Part shown: piece after piece, positions 31,344-41,900 of the stretch | How the letters are laid out: each line of letters starts with the position of its first letter | Position numbering within the stretch: the stretch's first letter is position 1 | Source of the DNA: an uncultured cyanobacterium | Lineage (GTDB): Bacteria; Cyanobacteriota; Cyanobacteriia; Cyanobacteriales; Nostocaceae | DNA length: 64,000 bases | Reading direction: 5' to 3' | Assembly (NCBI GenBank): GCA_963740315.1 | Contig: CAVUDP010000001.1 | Coordinates: 256,001-320,000, forward strand | Program-made: the position numbers and the translations under genes | Notes under the pieces: model-generated | Database searches by the model: none | Seen by the model: only the letters and a program-made list of their open reading frames with translations | What the model was told of the DNA's origin: nothing

Positions 31344-31913
31344 TTAATTGAGCTTGGCACTGACAATACGAATAATATAGGTTTTGACTTTTTCTTCAAA
31401 CTGTTTGCTTTGGGGAATATTGCTTGAAAGAATAGTAATAGCTTCCTGAATACAAGCTTCAAGGTGTTCGACTTCTTTAGGAAGAAGAGAAAAGTCATCC
31501 CTGCTGTCAGTAAATTTGTCATAGATATTATCCCAATATGGATAAGTCCATCCAAGAATACGTATTGTCTCCTGAAAAATATTTACTAATATTTTCGAGT
31601 CTAATTCCTTAAAAGCAGGTGTCCAGCTTGCTAAGTTACCTAAAAATTGATTTGGGGTTTCTTGTAGTCCAAGAGTGTTTAAAGCCTCCTTGAAGCGTTT
31701 AACATGAACCCAGTATTTTGCGAGTATACTCAGGGCTATTTCCTCTTGCCAATTTTGTAATACTGTTTCTTGTTCCAAATCCTTGAGAAGGAATGCTCTT
31801 AATGCCTCTATTTGTCTTTGTTCTTGAGAACTCTCTTGTACATCATCCTTAATCCCAGATGAAAGTTCGACTTTTTTGCACAAATCATCTAACTCTGTCC
31901 CAGTCTCTTTCAA
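31344..31913 (-). CDS. C-terminal part of the NACHT-TPR gene (separated by a frameshift)
   Basis: Overlaps the end of 31885..34755, TTG start, continues helical-repeat character; combined length 3412 = 3n+1. Confidence 0.6.
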   Translation of the reverse strand: MKETGTELDDLCKKVELSSGIKDDVQESSQEQRQIEALRAFLLKDLEQETVLQNWQEEIALSILAKYWVHVKRFKEALNTLGLQETPNQFLGNLASWTPAFKELDSKILVNIFQETIRILGWTYPYWDNIYDKFTDSRDDFSLLPKEVEHLEACIQEAITILSSNIPQSKQFEEKVKTYIIRIVSAKLN

Positions 31914-34755
31914 TCTCTTGTCCTGCTTGTGCCACTTTGTATTCGTTATTGCAGATTGTAAGCGCTTCCTGGGTAAAGCCTGCCAGATTTAGAACTGCTG
32001 CCCATTTACTCAGTACTTTTTCTCGTCGCGACGGTTTTTCAGTGCTTGGTGCAAGTTCCTCTGCTTGAGCAAATACTTCCTGCGCTTTCTCAATCAACCT
32101 CGCCTGAGCTAAAACGGATGCCAACTCCTGCAATTCCATTGCCCGTTGCCAGTTATCTTGAATGGTGCTTGTAGATTCTCTTGCATAGGTGAAGAATTCT
32201 CTCGCTTCCTCTGTAAATCCAGCTTGGACTAAGGTTTGTGCAAACTCTCGTAATTTTATTGTTAATTCCCAACCTTCTTCAAAGCCATTTTCTGCTTCTA
32301 TTGCTTGGCGAAAACTCTTTGTTGCTTCTGTGACATCTTGAGCTTGAACTAGGGCTGTTGCCAAATTCGCTAAAGCATCTGCTAACCCCGAACTTTGTTT
32401 GGTCTGTACTAGATTTTTAACTTCAATGAAAACTGCTTTTGCTTGCTCATCAAACTTTACTTGCGACAAAGCTATTGCCAACTTTGGCAGCACATCTATC
32501 TGCTGCACGGCTCCCATTATGTGCGCGAGTTTTTCTGCTTCATTCAAAATTAAGCTTGCTTCATTGACTTCTTTTGCCTCAGCTAGAGCAACTGCTAAAC
32601 CAATCAACTCCTCTGTCTTAATCCAATTGTCTGTTATTGCATCCGTAACTTCTTTGGCTTTCGAGAAGAATATACTCGCTTCCCGAACATCCCCAACCGT
32701 TGATAATCCGACTGCCAATTCACTTAGTGCTTCTGCTTTAGCCCAGTCTTCTTCAATTGTGTCAATCAACTCTTTCACTTTCTCAAAGACAGCAATCGCA
32801 TCCTGGGAATATCCTGCTTGATGTAAAGCTACTGCCAATTTTCGTAATACCTTTATTTTCACAAAGGTGTTTTTTATTTCATCTGCAAGTTTTTCAGCTT
32901 CGGTGAAGTTGCTAGCTTTCAGTAGGGCTGTTGCAAAATCTAAGAGTGTCTCTGCTTCTAGAGAAACTTTATTAATTAGCTTTGCAACTTCTTTAGCTTC
33001 ATTGAGAACATCTATTGCATCCAAAACAGTAGAACTGTACTGGCTTTTTTCTTCCAGTGCATTAAAAATAGCTATTAAAGCTGTAAACCTGCTATTAAAA
33101 TTCTTGCGTAAACGAGCATAAGCAAGAGCTTCTGTTTCACGTCCTAACAATACTAAAGTTTTAAGATCGATATCTTCATAATTGCTCGAACGCTGGTGTA
33201 CTACTTGCCGCGCTGTGTAAAGCTTGATCAGTGTTAGCAATTGATTTGATTCCAATGGATCGCTGAATTTATTAATCGCTAATTCCAAGTCATTTACATA
33301 TTCTGTATCTCTAAAGAATAACTTAAACTTGCTCTCCATCCACTTTGGCGAACCAGTTAGCAGCGTGTAGAGTTCTTCTTGCCTTTCAGTAGTATCGAGG
33401 TGTTTTGGTAGGTGCAACAACCCATACTTATCTGCATTTGTCCAGTCCACCTCTTCCCAGAATTGAGAATCTTTTTTGTAATAATCAATAATTAACTTAT
33501 GCTGCGTTTGAGCATCACACCAAAAATCGTTGTTACGTTCTTTGTCTAGCAAATAATCCCGGAGAGATTGGTGAAATATGACGTAAATTTCTTTTCCTTC
33601 TTTGTCCTTAACTTCATTTAAGAACTGGCGTACTACCCCCAAGTAATTCCGCAATTGTTCGGGGTTGATACCTGTAAAATTTACCAACTGTTCTTCCGTT
33701 AATGGTTCCTGTGTTACCGTTAACCTTCCCAGGATGGGCTGATACTTGTTTTGCCATTGATCTGTCGTGAAACGCTTGAGGAAGTTGTGGTAAATGTCAT
33801 CAATGTCTTTAGGTAAAGCAGATAAATCATTTATGGATTGTCTTTTTGCTTCAATGTCATTCAGGAGCAACTCCGCGTACAAGAAAATACCGTCTGACGA
33901 TTGTGCAATCTGACGACTGAGGTTTTCAACTGCGACCTTAGATTCTTGTAAAACATTTTGGAGCTTTGTTTCTCGGACTCGTTTCTTAATATACTGGCGG
34001 ATATCGGTGTTACTTTCCTCAGATTTTTCATCCAGATTGTAAGGCTTAAGTAGTTTAAACTCTCGCATTACTCGGTTTTCTGGGCGGGAAGTCATGATAA
34101 AACGTACCCAGGGGGGTAAATCGGAATTAGACAATCCCGCCAACAGCCTAACCAAGTTTGTATCCCCTGTAGTAGTCACAGCTTCATCGAGGGAATCAAT
34201 CAAAATAACTGCTTTGTTAGGTCGTTCCTGTTGCTTGTCAGTATACATCTTCTCCAATTCAGCAAAGGGCGCTCGAATGAGGATATCTAGCTCGTTATCC
34301 GGGTCGCTTTCTTTGAGGTTTTCAATATAAACTGCTGTAAGCTGACTTCCTTTCATAGACTCAATTTGAACATTGACCTCCACTCGCAAATGAACGGGCT
34401 TAATAGTATTCGCCAAAGCTTGTCCGTAGAGTGGTAGGCTTTTTCCTAACTGAGCCGCTAATGACCGAAATATACGACCGGATCTAACGGTTTCCACGTC
34501 CCCTGCTCTACAGAAATGGTAGGCTTTTATGTCTTTGCGAATTTTGGTTAATTGAGCAGCAATGGCGCTTTTGCCAGTCCCCGGTCTCCCAGTCAGAAGA
34601 AAAAAGCGATCGTTTTGTTTATTTTCTTTATTTAACCATTCATCAATTTTGTCGAATATCCAACGTCGTCCAGTGAAATTTTTGGTTAGTTGTTGAATAT
34701 CATGCTCAAAGGGAATAGCAGTAAGATTAGTGACTGGTAATGATGTCATAATCAT
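31885..34755 (-). CDS. STAND/NACHT ATPase with TPR-like repeats (bacterial NLR-like), lacking an N-terminal effector domain
   Basis: FTGRRW, Walker A GRPGTGKS, Walker B ILIDSLDE, TSRP, IFHQSLRDYL; ~40-aa helical repeats (IEEDWAKAEALSELAVGL). Confidence 0.88.
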   Translation of the reverse strand: MIMTSLPVTNLTAIPFEHDIQQLTKNFTGRRWIFDKIDEWLNKENKQNDRFFLLTGRPGTGKSAIAAQLTKIRKDIKAYHFCRAGDVETVRSGRIFRSLAAQLGKSLPLYGQALANTIKPVHLRVEVNVQIESMKGSQLTAVYIENLKESDPDNELDILIRAPFAELEKMYTDKQQERPNKAVILIDSLDEAVTTTGDTNLVRLLAGLSNSDLPPWVRFIMTSRPENRVMREFKLLKPYNLDEKSEESNTDIRQYIKKRVRETKLQNVLQESKVAVENLSRQIAQSSDGIFLYAELLLNDIEAKRQSINDLSALPKDIDDIYHNFLKRFTTDQWQNKYQPILGRLTVTQEPLTEEQLVNFTGINPEQLRNYLGVVRQFLNEVKDKEGKEIYVIFHQSLRDYLLDKERNNDFWCDAQTQHKLIIDYYKKDSQFWEEVDWTNADKYGLLHLPKHLDTTERQEELYTLLTGSPKWMESKFKLFFRDTEYVNDLELAINKFSDPLESNQLLTLIKLYTARQVVHQRSSNYEDIDLKTLVLLGRETEALAYARLRKNFNSRFTALIAIFNALEEKSQYSSTVLDAIDVLNEAKEVAKLINKVSLEAETLLDFATALLKASNFTEAEKLADEIKNTFVKIKVLRKLAVALHQAGYSQDAIAVFEKVKELIDTIEEDWAKAEALSELAVGLSTVGDVREASIFFSKAKEVTDAITDNWIKTEELIGLAVALAEAKEVNEASLILNEAEKLAHIMGAVQQIDVLPKLAIALSQVKFDEQAKAVFIEVKNLVQTKQSSGLADALANLATALVQAQDVTEATKSFRQAIEAENGFEEGWELTIKLREFAQTLVQAGFTEEAREFFTYARESTSTIQDNWQRAMELQELASVLAQARLIEKAQEVFAQAEELAPSTEKPSRREKVLSKWAAVLNLAGFTQEALTICNNEYKVAQAGQEIERDWDRVR

Positions 34756-35306
34756 ATATTTATAACAGTACTATTGTATTTAAATCGAGGATTAACTCAT
34801 TGACAGAAGTCAGAATTAAGCTCTACCGCAAGGAGATAAGCGAAGCTCCACCTTAATTGGTTTCCTTCTACATATTTATAGGTTTGAGCGAAATAAACTT
34901 ATTCACTTTGAATCAGTTTGCTTCTATCCATATATAAATGTCAGCATATAAATGTCAGCGAAAAGAACTAATGCACGTAATCTCCTAGTAGTAATCTGCC
35001 AAGAAATAATTGAGGCATAAAGTCGCTCCTTTCCTCGACAATATGCATCTGACAAATCAGCGGTAAGTCCTCAACCAAGGAAACAACATTACTTTTTCCA
35101 CGGGCTTATTATCAATTTTATAATAAAGTCAGGTAGTTTATTCACTGACTTTTGCTTACTTTATTAAATAGGTGAAATATGAATTTACTTATGCAGTTAG
35201 TAGCAGGACTAAAGTCTAAAAGTTAGTATAATAAACAAATATCCTATTGATTTAAAAATAAGTTAAATAGCACATCTATCAAAAGACAGAATTTATATTA
35301 ATTTAC

Positions 35307-35526
35307 ATGGCAACTTTAACTATTCGTTTACCAGACGAAAAACATCATAGATTGAAAAAACTTGCCGTCTTCTAAAGGTATAAGTATTAATAAGCTGATT
35401 GAAGAACTTTCTACTTTAGCTTTAGCAGAATTTGATGCTAATACAAGATTTAAAGCAATGGCTGCAACTGGCAATCCAGAAGAAGGTTTAAGAATACTGG
35501 CTAAACTTGATGATTTAATAGAATAA
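35307..35526 (+). pseudogene. HicB-like / ribbon-helix-helix antitoxin with a +1 frameshift
   Basis: MATLTIRLPDEKHHRLKKLA / SSKGISINKLIEELSTLALAEFDANTRF...GLRILAKLD; one extra base near 35367. Confidence 0.7.
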
Positions 35527-35543
35527 TTAAATATTTCAATAAT

Positions 35544-36395
35544 ATGCCAAAAACAGCAGATATCGGCAGCAAACGTTTAATAAGTTTATCCCCAGATGCT
35601 TGGGTAAAGTGGGTAACGCAATCTGCGGAAGTTTCAGCACGAGAAATTCTTGCTTCGGAGTTTCAATGGATTAGCCGGGAAAGCGATGTGGTAGTAAAAG
35701 CTCATCATCCACAAGTTGGTAATTTCTTGGTTTTGAACGAACTGCAATTACGTTACGATAATCGTTCACCAAGAAGAATAAGGGCTTATTCAGCGCTTGC
35801 AGAAGAAAAATATGATTTACCAGTTTACCCAGTATTAATTAACATCTTGCAACCACCGCAAACTGTAGAAATTGTTAGCGGTTATCGATCGCAAGTTTTA
35901 GGATTACAGGCACGTCAAGATTATCAAGTAATTAATTTATGGGAAGTAGATGTACAACTAGTTTTTCAACAATCGCTTTCTTCTTTATTACCTTTTGTAC
36001 CAATACTCAAAGGTGGAAACGAAGTAGCTGTAGTACAGCAAGCGGTACAGCTATTACGTGCCGATGAAAAGTTAAATGAATTAGAACCACTTTTAGCGTT
36101 TTTTGCTAGCTTTGTATTATCAACTCAATTAGTACAGCAAATTATGAGGTGGGATATGACTGTATTGCAGGAATCACCCTGGTATCAGGAGATTTTGAAT
36201 CAAGGAAGAAAACAAGAATTACTTTCAGGAATTGAATTAGGTTTAGAACTTAAATTTGGTTCGGAAGGTTTACAGTTAATGTCAGAAATATCTCAAATTA
36301 AAGATATAGAAGTTTTAACCGCAATTAGGGAAGGTATACGTACAAAAAATAGTTTAGAAGAAATTCGTCAAATTTATCAAGCGGATGAAACCTGA
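35544..36395 (+). CDS. Rpn family recombination-promoting nuclease / putative transposase (PD-(D/E)XK)
   Basis: ADIGSKRLISL, RESDVV, LVLNELQLRY, INLWEVD, SLLPFVPIL, MRWDMTVLQESPWYQEI. Confidence 0.85.
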   Translation: MPKTADIGSKRLISLSPDAWVKWVTQSAEVSAREILASEFQWISRESDVVVKAHHPQVGNFLVLNELQLRYDNRSPRRIRAYSALAEEKYDLPVYPVLINILQPPQTVEIVSGYRSQVLGLQARQDYQVINLWEVDVQLVFQQSLSSLLPFVPILKGGNEVAVVQQAVQLLRADEKLNELEPLLAFFASFVLSTQLVQQIMRWDMTVLQESPWYQEILNQGRKQELLSGIELGLELKFGSEGLQLMSEISQIKDIEVLTAIREGIRTKNSLEEIRQIYQADET

Positions 36396-36448
36396 AATTT
36401 TGTTCAAAAAACTGCTTTGTATTATCAACTCAATTAGTACAGCAAATT

Positions 36449-36697
36449 ATGAGGTGGGATATGACTGTATTGCAGGAATCACCTTGGTATCAAGATTTGA
36501 ATCAAGGGGAAATAAAGGGTTTAATTTCAGGAATTGAACTGGGTTTAGAACTTAAATTTGGTTCAGAAGGTTTACATTTAATGTCAGAAATATCTCAGAT
36601 AAAAGATTTAGAAGTTTTAACCGCAATTAGGGAAGGTATACGCACAAAAAATAGTTTAGAAGAAATTCGTCAAATTTATCAAAGGGATGAAACCTAA
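36449..36697 (+). CDS. Stand-alone duplicate of the Rpn C-terminal domain (RpnS-like)
   Basis: 36414-36697 repeats 36109-36395, including GAGGTG and in-frame ATGs at 36449 and 36461. Confidence 0.75.
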   Translation: MRWDMTVLQESPWYQDLNQGEIKGLISGIELGLELKFGSEGLHLMSEISQIKDLEVLTAIREGIRTKNSLEEIRQIYQRDET

Positions 36698-36702
36698 AAA
36701 TT

Positions 36703-36999
36703 TTGGGAAGCCAAATTTTAAATTTTATTGTTGGTGTTGAAACAGCAGAAATTGAATTTGCAAAGTCTGGTAAAACCCTAACTTGGAATTCGGGAGATGG
36801 CACAATATTAGAATTTGCCGAAGCTAACGGAATTAATCCTGCTTTTAGCTGTCGTGTAGGTGTATGTTTAACCTGTAGTTGCAGAATTGAAGAAGGTGAA
36901 GTTGCATATCAGGAAGAGCCTACAGGTACTCCCGATGAGGGTGAAGTTTTGATTTGTATTTCTCAACCGAAGACAGAAAAAATTGATCTCAATCTTTAA
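36703..36999 (+). CDS. 2Fe-2S ferredoxin-type domain, probably a C-terminal fragment of an oxidoreductase
   Basis: FSCRVGVCLTC...LICISQP; weak TTG start directly after the Rpn duplicate. Confidence 0.7.
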   Translation: MGSQILNFIVGVETAEIEFAKSGKTLTWNSGDGTILEFAEANGINPAFSCRVGVCLTCSCRIEEGEVAYQEEPTGTPDEGEVLICISQPKTEKIDLNL

Positions 37000-37101
37000 T
37001 GTAGAGACGCGATATATTGCGTCTGTGTTATATCGCGTCTGTGTTGGTTTTGTTCGCGAAAATTGTAAAATCCAAAATCTAAAAGACTAAATCCAAAACG
37101 A

Positions 37102-37458
37102 CTAACTTTTAGATAAGTTTTGTAATTGAGAATCAACAGCTTTAATATACTCGGAATTATTAATTGTCTCTGAAGATAATCTTCCAGTACTAATTCCATG
37201 TTCAACCAAATCTTTTCCACTAATTTCGCCAAATCTAATCGCTTTTAATAACAAATTATAGCTGGGAACACCTTGTTTTTTAAATTTTCCTTGATAAGCA
37301 AGAGAAACTAAGTTAAATGGAGTAATATTTTGTTGAACCTGGTTTTGAGCAACCTTAAAATTAACAACATTTCTATTCGCCATCGCAGGTGATGTTGCAG
37401 TTGCGATTAAAATTGTTCCAAAAGTAGCTAGTAATAAACGTTCCATGATTTGCTCCAA
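37102..37458 (-). CDS. Conserved cyanobacterial secreted hypothetical protein
   Basis: Signal peptide; ITPFNLVSLAYQGKFKKQGVPSY. Confidence 0.75.
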   Translation of the reverse strand: MEQIMERLLLATFGTILIATATSPAMANRNVVNFKVAQNQVQQNITPFNLVSLAYQGKFKKQGVPSYNLLLKAIRFGEISGKDLVEHGISTGRLSSETINNSEYIKAVDSQLQNLSKS

Positions 37459-37562
37459 TACTGAGTAAGTGTGTGTAAATCAATTTGTTTTCCTTGATTC
37501 TTATCATGCAGCATTTAACTGAGACAGCAATAAATGGTAAATGAGAAGTTTATGAGAAATTT

Positions 37563-38108
37563 ATGAGAAATCTGAATAATACCGCTCTACCGCAACGTAT
37601 TTGTGTAATCGGTACCAGCGGTGCGGGTAAAACAACTTTCGCTCGTCAAGTTTCGCATTCGCTGATGATTCCGCATTTCGAGTTAGATTCTCTTTACTGG
37701 GAAGCGAATTGGATAAGTACACCCTATGATATTTTTCGCGATCGCGTTAAACAATCTTTAGTTGGTAATAGCTGGATTGTTGACGGTAATTACAGCAAAG
37801 TGCGCGATATCGTTTGGGGAAATGCCGATACACTTATTTGGTTGGATTATTCTTTCCCCGTGGTAATGAGTCGGGTTTTGTGGCGAACTTTTCGCAGGGT
37901 AACGACGCAGCAACAAGTCTGCAATGGCAATTATGAGACTTGGAAAAAAGTGTTCTCGCGAGAATCTATTATTTTATGGGCGCTGCAAACCTACCGCAAA
38001 CGAAAAAAAGAATATCCGATTTTAATTAACAAACCTGAATATTCGCATCTCAATGTAGTGCGGTTGACTTCTCCACAAGCTACAAAAGATTGGTTATTGA
38101 CTTTATAA
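37563..38108 (+). CDS. P-loop kinase, adenylate-kinase / FlaR-like
   Basis: GTSGAGKTT, ELDSLYW, WIVDGNY, ADTLIWLD. Confidence 0.85.
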   Translation: MRNLNNTALPQRICVIGTSGAGKTTFARQVSHSLMIPHFELDSLYWEANWISTPYDIFRDRVKQSLVGNSWIVDGNYSKVRDIVWGNADTLIWLDYSFPVVMSRVLWRTFRRVTTQQQVCNGNYETWKKVFSRESIILWALQTYRKRKKEYPILINKPEYSHLNVVRLTSPQATKDWLLTL

Positions 38109-38261
38109 AATTAATTGTAGGGTGTTACGGTAAAAGCTAATATTGTTTTAAAGTTACTATTTAAATAACTAGAGTAACGCTCCATCGAATATTGTGGTTT
38201 GTTTATGAATTTGAATCGCCTTTATCTATCGTAGAATAATAATCAAATACTAATAATAAAC

Positions 38262-38699
38262 ATGATGGGAGCAGTCATTAAACTTCAATTAAAAAACGCC
38301 ATTGATGAAGAGTTAGTCAATCGTGGTTTACTAGCACCAAATTTACTCCGGCAATTAGAAATAGAAGGATTAGTTGATACAGGTGCAGTTGGGTTGGTTA
38401 TTCCTCAAAGACTTGTGGAAGAATTGGGTTTGAAAATTCGCGGAGAAAAGATATTTCAGCGCAAAAATGGAAGTAAAGAAAGTATAGGAACAACTGAAGC
38501 AGTAATTATAGAATATCAAAGACGAGAAACCGTAAATGAAGCATTAGTTGTAGGAAATGAGGTGTTAATTGGTAGAGTGATTTTAGCAAAGTTGGATTTA
38601 TTAGTCGATTGCAAAAATCATCGATTGATTCCTAATCCAGAACACCCGGATTATCCGGTAGCGATGATTAAAGGTTTACGTTTGTTTAGTAAATTGTAG
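38262..38699 (+). CDS. Clan AA aspartic protease
   Basis: GLVDTGA catalytic motif; EVLIGRVILAKLDLLVD. Confidence 0.85.
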   Translation: MMGAVIKLQLKNAIDEELVNRGLLAPNLLRQLEIEGLVDTGAVGLVIPQRLVEELGLKIRGEKIFQRKNGSKESIGTTEAVIIEYQRRETVNEALVVGNEVLIGRVILAKLDLLVDCKNHRLIPNPEHPDYPVAMIKGLRLFSKL

Positions 38700-38740
38700 G
38701 GTGTGTTACGGTACGAATTAATATTATTTTAAGATTACTA

Positions 38741-38867
38741 AGTAAGTTGGCGTTAAAAAATCAAGGTATGTCATTGCGAGTGGAACGGAGTGAAACGAAG
38801 CAATCCCAGAGGTTTGATGATTGTTTACATCCTGTTACATGATTCGGTTTATTTGTGCCGACTTACT
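38741..38867. mobile_element. 127-bp MITE with TA target duplication, inserted inside a REP-like stem-loop
   Basis: TIRs AGTAAGTTGGCG / TGCCGACTTACT; TA on both sides; empty site TTACTATTTAAATAA present in sister repeats near 20478 and 38155. Confidence 0.8.
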
Positions 38868-38971
38868 TATTTAAATAATGCCGTAACGCACCATCGAATA
38901 TTGTGAAAGATTGAGGAGTAAAAAACCGCAGAGACGCAGAGAGCGCTGAGGGAAGAGATGGGGAGAAATGG

Positions 38972-41900
38972 TTATTTTTTATTCCATTCTTGCAATTTTT
39001 TCTGAGCAAATTCTCGTAACTGCTCATCGGGATCATTTTCTGCGCGATCGCGTAGCAAGGGTAATGTTTTAGGATAATTAGGGTAGTTTTCGAGAATTGC
39101 TTGTAGTGCTGTTTGACGAGGATTACAATTAGGATTACGGATAAACGAAAAAAATAATTCAAAGGAATTATTGGCAGCAATATCATATATGAAGTTATAA
39201 ATATCAAGAGTGAGTTGCCAACTTTGAATTAATTCTTGCATCAGCGTCTCTCTAAGGTAATCTTTAATTAAATCATCATTTTCAAGCTGACAACATTCTA
39301 TAAGTACACTTAAAATATTTTGATCGTCCTTCCAGTTACTAGCTAATTCTTTAATTACTACAGTTTTATCTATATCATTATTATTAAACAGAAGTAGCTT
39401 TTTCAGCATTGGTAAAGTATCGGGGTCATTTTTCCAACCCTGCACTAATTCTTGTAATGCTATAGTTTTTAAATGATAATTAGCACCATAATAAACTAGA
39501 TTTTTCAGCATTGGTAAAGTATCGGGGTCATTTTTCCAACCTTTAACTAATTCTTGTAATGCTATAGTTCTTAAATGATAATTAGCATCAGAAAAAACTA
39601 GATTTTTCAGCATTGGTAAAGTATCGGGGTCATTTTTCCAACCTTTAACTAATTCTTGTAATGCTATAGCTCTTAAATGATTATTAGCATCAGAAAAAAC
39701 TAGATTTTTCAGCATTAGTAAAGTATTGGGGTCATCTTTCCAACCCTGCACTAATTCTTTTAATGCTACTTTCTGTATTGTTTCTATTTGATCAACTCTG
39801 ACTACATTATCATCATCAAAATAGTCACTATCGTCAGTTAAATTATTTAGCCTATTTACTTCAAATGTAGTAGTATCTATTAGCTTTTTAAGTGAAGGTA
39901 AAGTTTTTGGATGTGTTTTAAAATCTGTTGTAATCCATGAAATAAGTTTAATACAAATCTTATCAAAGTCAAATGCAATTCCGTTGTATTCTTGAATTAT
40001 ATCATTAATAGATTCAAAAATAAATTTAAATAGTGAATGTACAATTGAATTGAGATTAGAAGGATTTTTTACTTGTTTAAAGCATTCATTTGCTACTCCC
40101 ATGTTAATAAAATCATCACCAATTCCGTCTTGCTCAATCAAAAACTCAATAATCTCCCCCACAAACTTCGCGTCTATCATCCCCGCAATCAATGTTAAAA
40201 TCTCATGCCAGTCTCCATCCCACCAGTGTTTACCAAACACTTCCGACTTCAACCGATCAATACTTAAAGTTTGTGTTTCTTTAAACTGCCAAACAAACTC
40301 CCAAGCACAGAAATATTCTAAAAAAGTCCGATGTACAAAAGCATAGTAATCTGCACCCAGATAACACAACATAAAATTGCGCGATCGCAGTTGATTTATC
40401 ATTAATCTAGCGGCTTCTCTTGGTTTATCAACTTCTATAGTTTTCAAATAATCTTTGAGAATCCGTTCTAAATCGCTTTCTTTAATCAAATTACCATTCT
40501 TACCTTTTTCGCTGGTTTGCATAAAGTAAGCAACTTGACGCAACATTGCCTGTTTATCTTTATAATCAATCGTCTTGGGATCTAATCTTTTATCTTCCAC
40601 TAAAGCCCGCTCTACATCCCATTGATGCAGCAATACTCTTGATGCTTGGTTGTAAAGTTCGGCTCTATCTCTTGGTAATTCTTGGTTGCGGTTGAGAATT
40701 GCCATCATTGTTAACAATAAAGGATTTCCAGCTAATTCTCGAATCGCTTTTGAATTCTCAATTCCTTTTTGCAATCGTTCTTTTTTTCTGACTTTATCCG
40801 CTTCGTCATTAAAAGTTAATTCATGCCAGCGATCGATGAAATCTTGAATTTGTTCTGTTTCTAAATCTTGCAGCATGAAATGCTTAAATTCAGCATCGCG
40901 TAATCTTTGAGCTTTATAACCAATAAGGCGAGAAGTGACAATTACCTGTACGTCTGGATATTCATTTGTAAAGCGATGGATATCTGTAATTACATCTTCT
41001 CTTTTCCCAGTGTCGAATACTTCATCTAATCCATCAAACATTACCAATACGTTACCAGTTTTAAGTTGTGTGTGTAGTTGATGTTGATTTAAATGATGTA
41101 CGGCACCGCTACATTTATGGAAAAATTCGAGAAAATTATTGCATTCTTTGTCATCTCGTCGTCGCATATAGGTACGCAATTCAATTAATAACGGTATTGG
41201 TTGAGAAATTGTGTTACTTAAAGGTGATTCTGCCCAATTTAATGCTAAATATTGTAATAATGTAGATTTTCCGGAACCTGGATTGCCTAAAATAACTGTA
41301 TATTTATAAGTTTGTTTTTCGTTAATAATTTCTAAAACAGAACGTATGGGTTGCTCCTCATAAATTCTTTTAAAACGTGATTTTGCTTGCTGGCTTTGTT
41401 GCAATCGTTTTAAATATTCTTTCGGTAACTCGTGAATGGGTAAAACTTCATTTACCTCCCGCACGTTTTGAACGATAAACATTCCCCATAGCTTCAGTTG
41501 GTTATAGGCATAACCGCTAGTATCTAAACTTTCTAATTTAAGTTTACCGTATCGCTCTTTAATTCCTTCCTGATATCCTAATAAATCAAAATCTGGGATA
41601 ATTCCGGCAGTTGCTTGAGTATTATCTTTAATTGCTTCCAAATTTTGCGAATCAAAAATTACTCTAAGTTTATCTGAATCTCGAATAATTGCTTTAACTT
41701 TTTTTAGATAGCGTAACCCCAGTTTTTTCCAATCAAACTCATTTGGTAAAGCTGATAAATCTAATTCATACCACTTACTTTCTAATGTCTTAGTATCTAA
41801 AGTTTCGCATTCATACTTAAAAGCACTTCCTAAAATCTCTTTAACATCTTTGTTGTGAATAAAGGTTTTGAAAGGCTTAACAAACTGCTTCAATTCTTCA

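Noticed and set aside
36109..36697. Diversity-generating retroelement template/variable repeat pair
   Set aside because: Differences are not adenine-specific, include an indel, and no reverse transcriptase is in the window.
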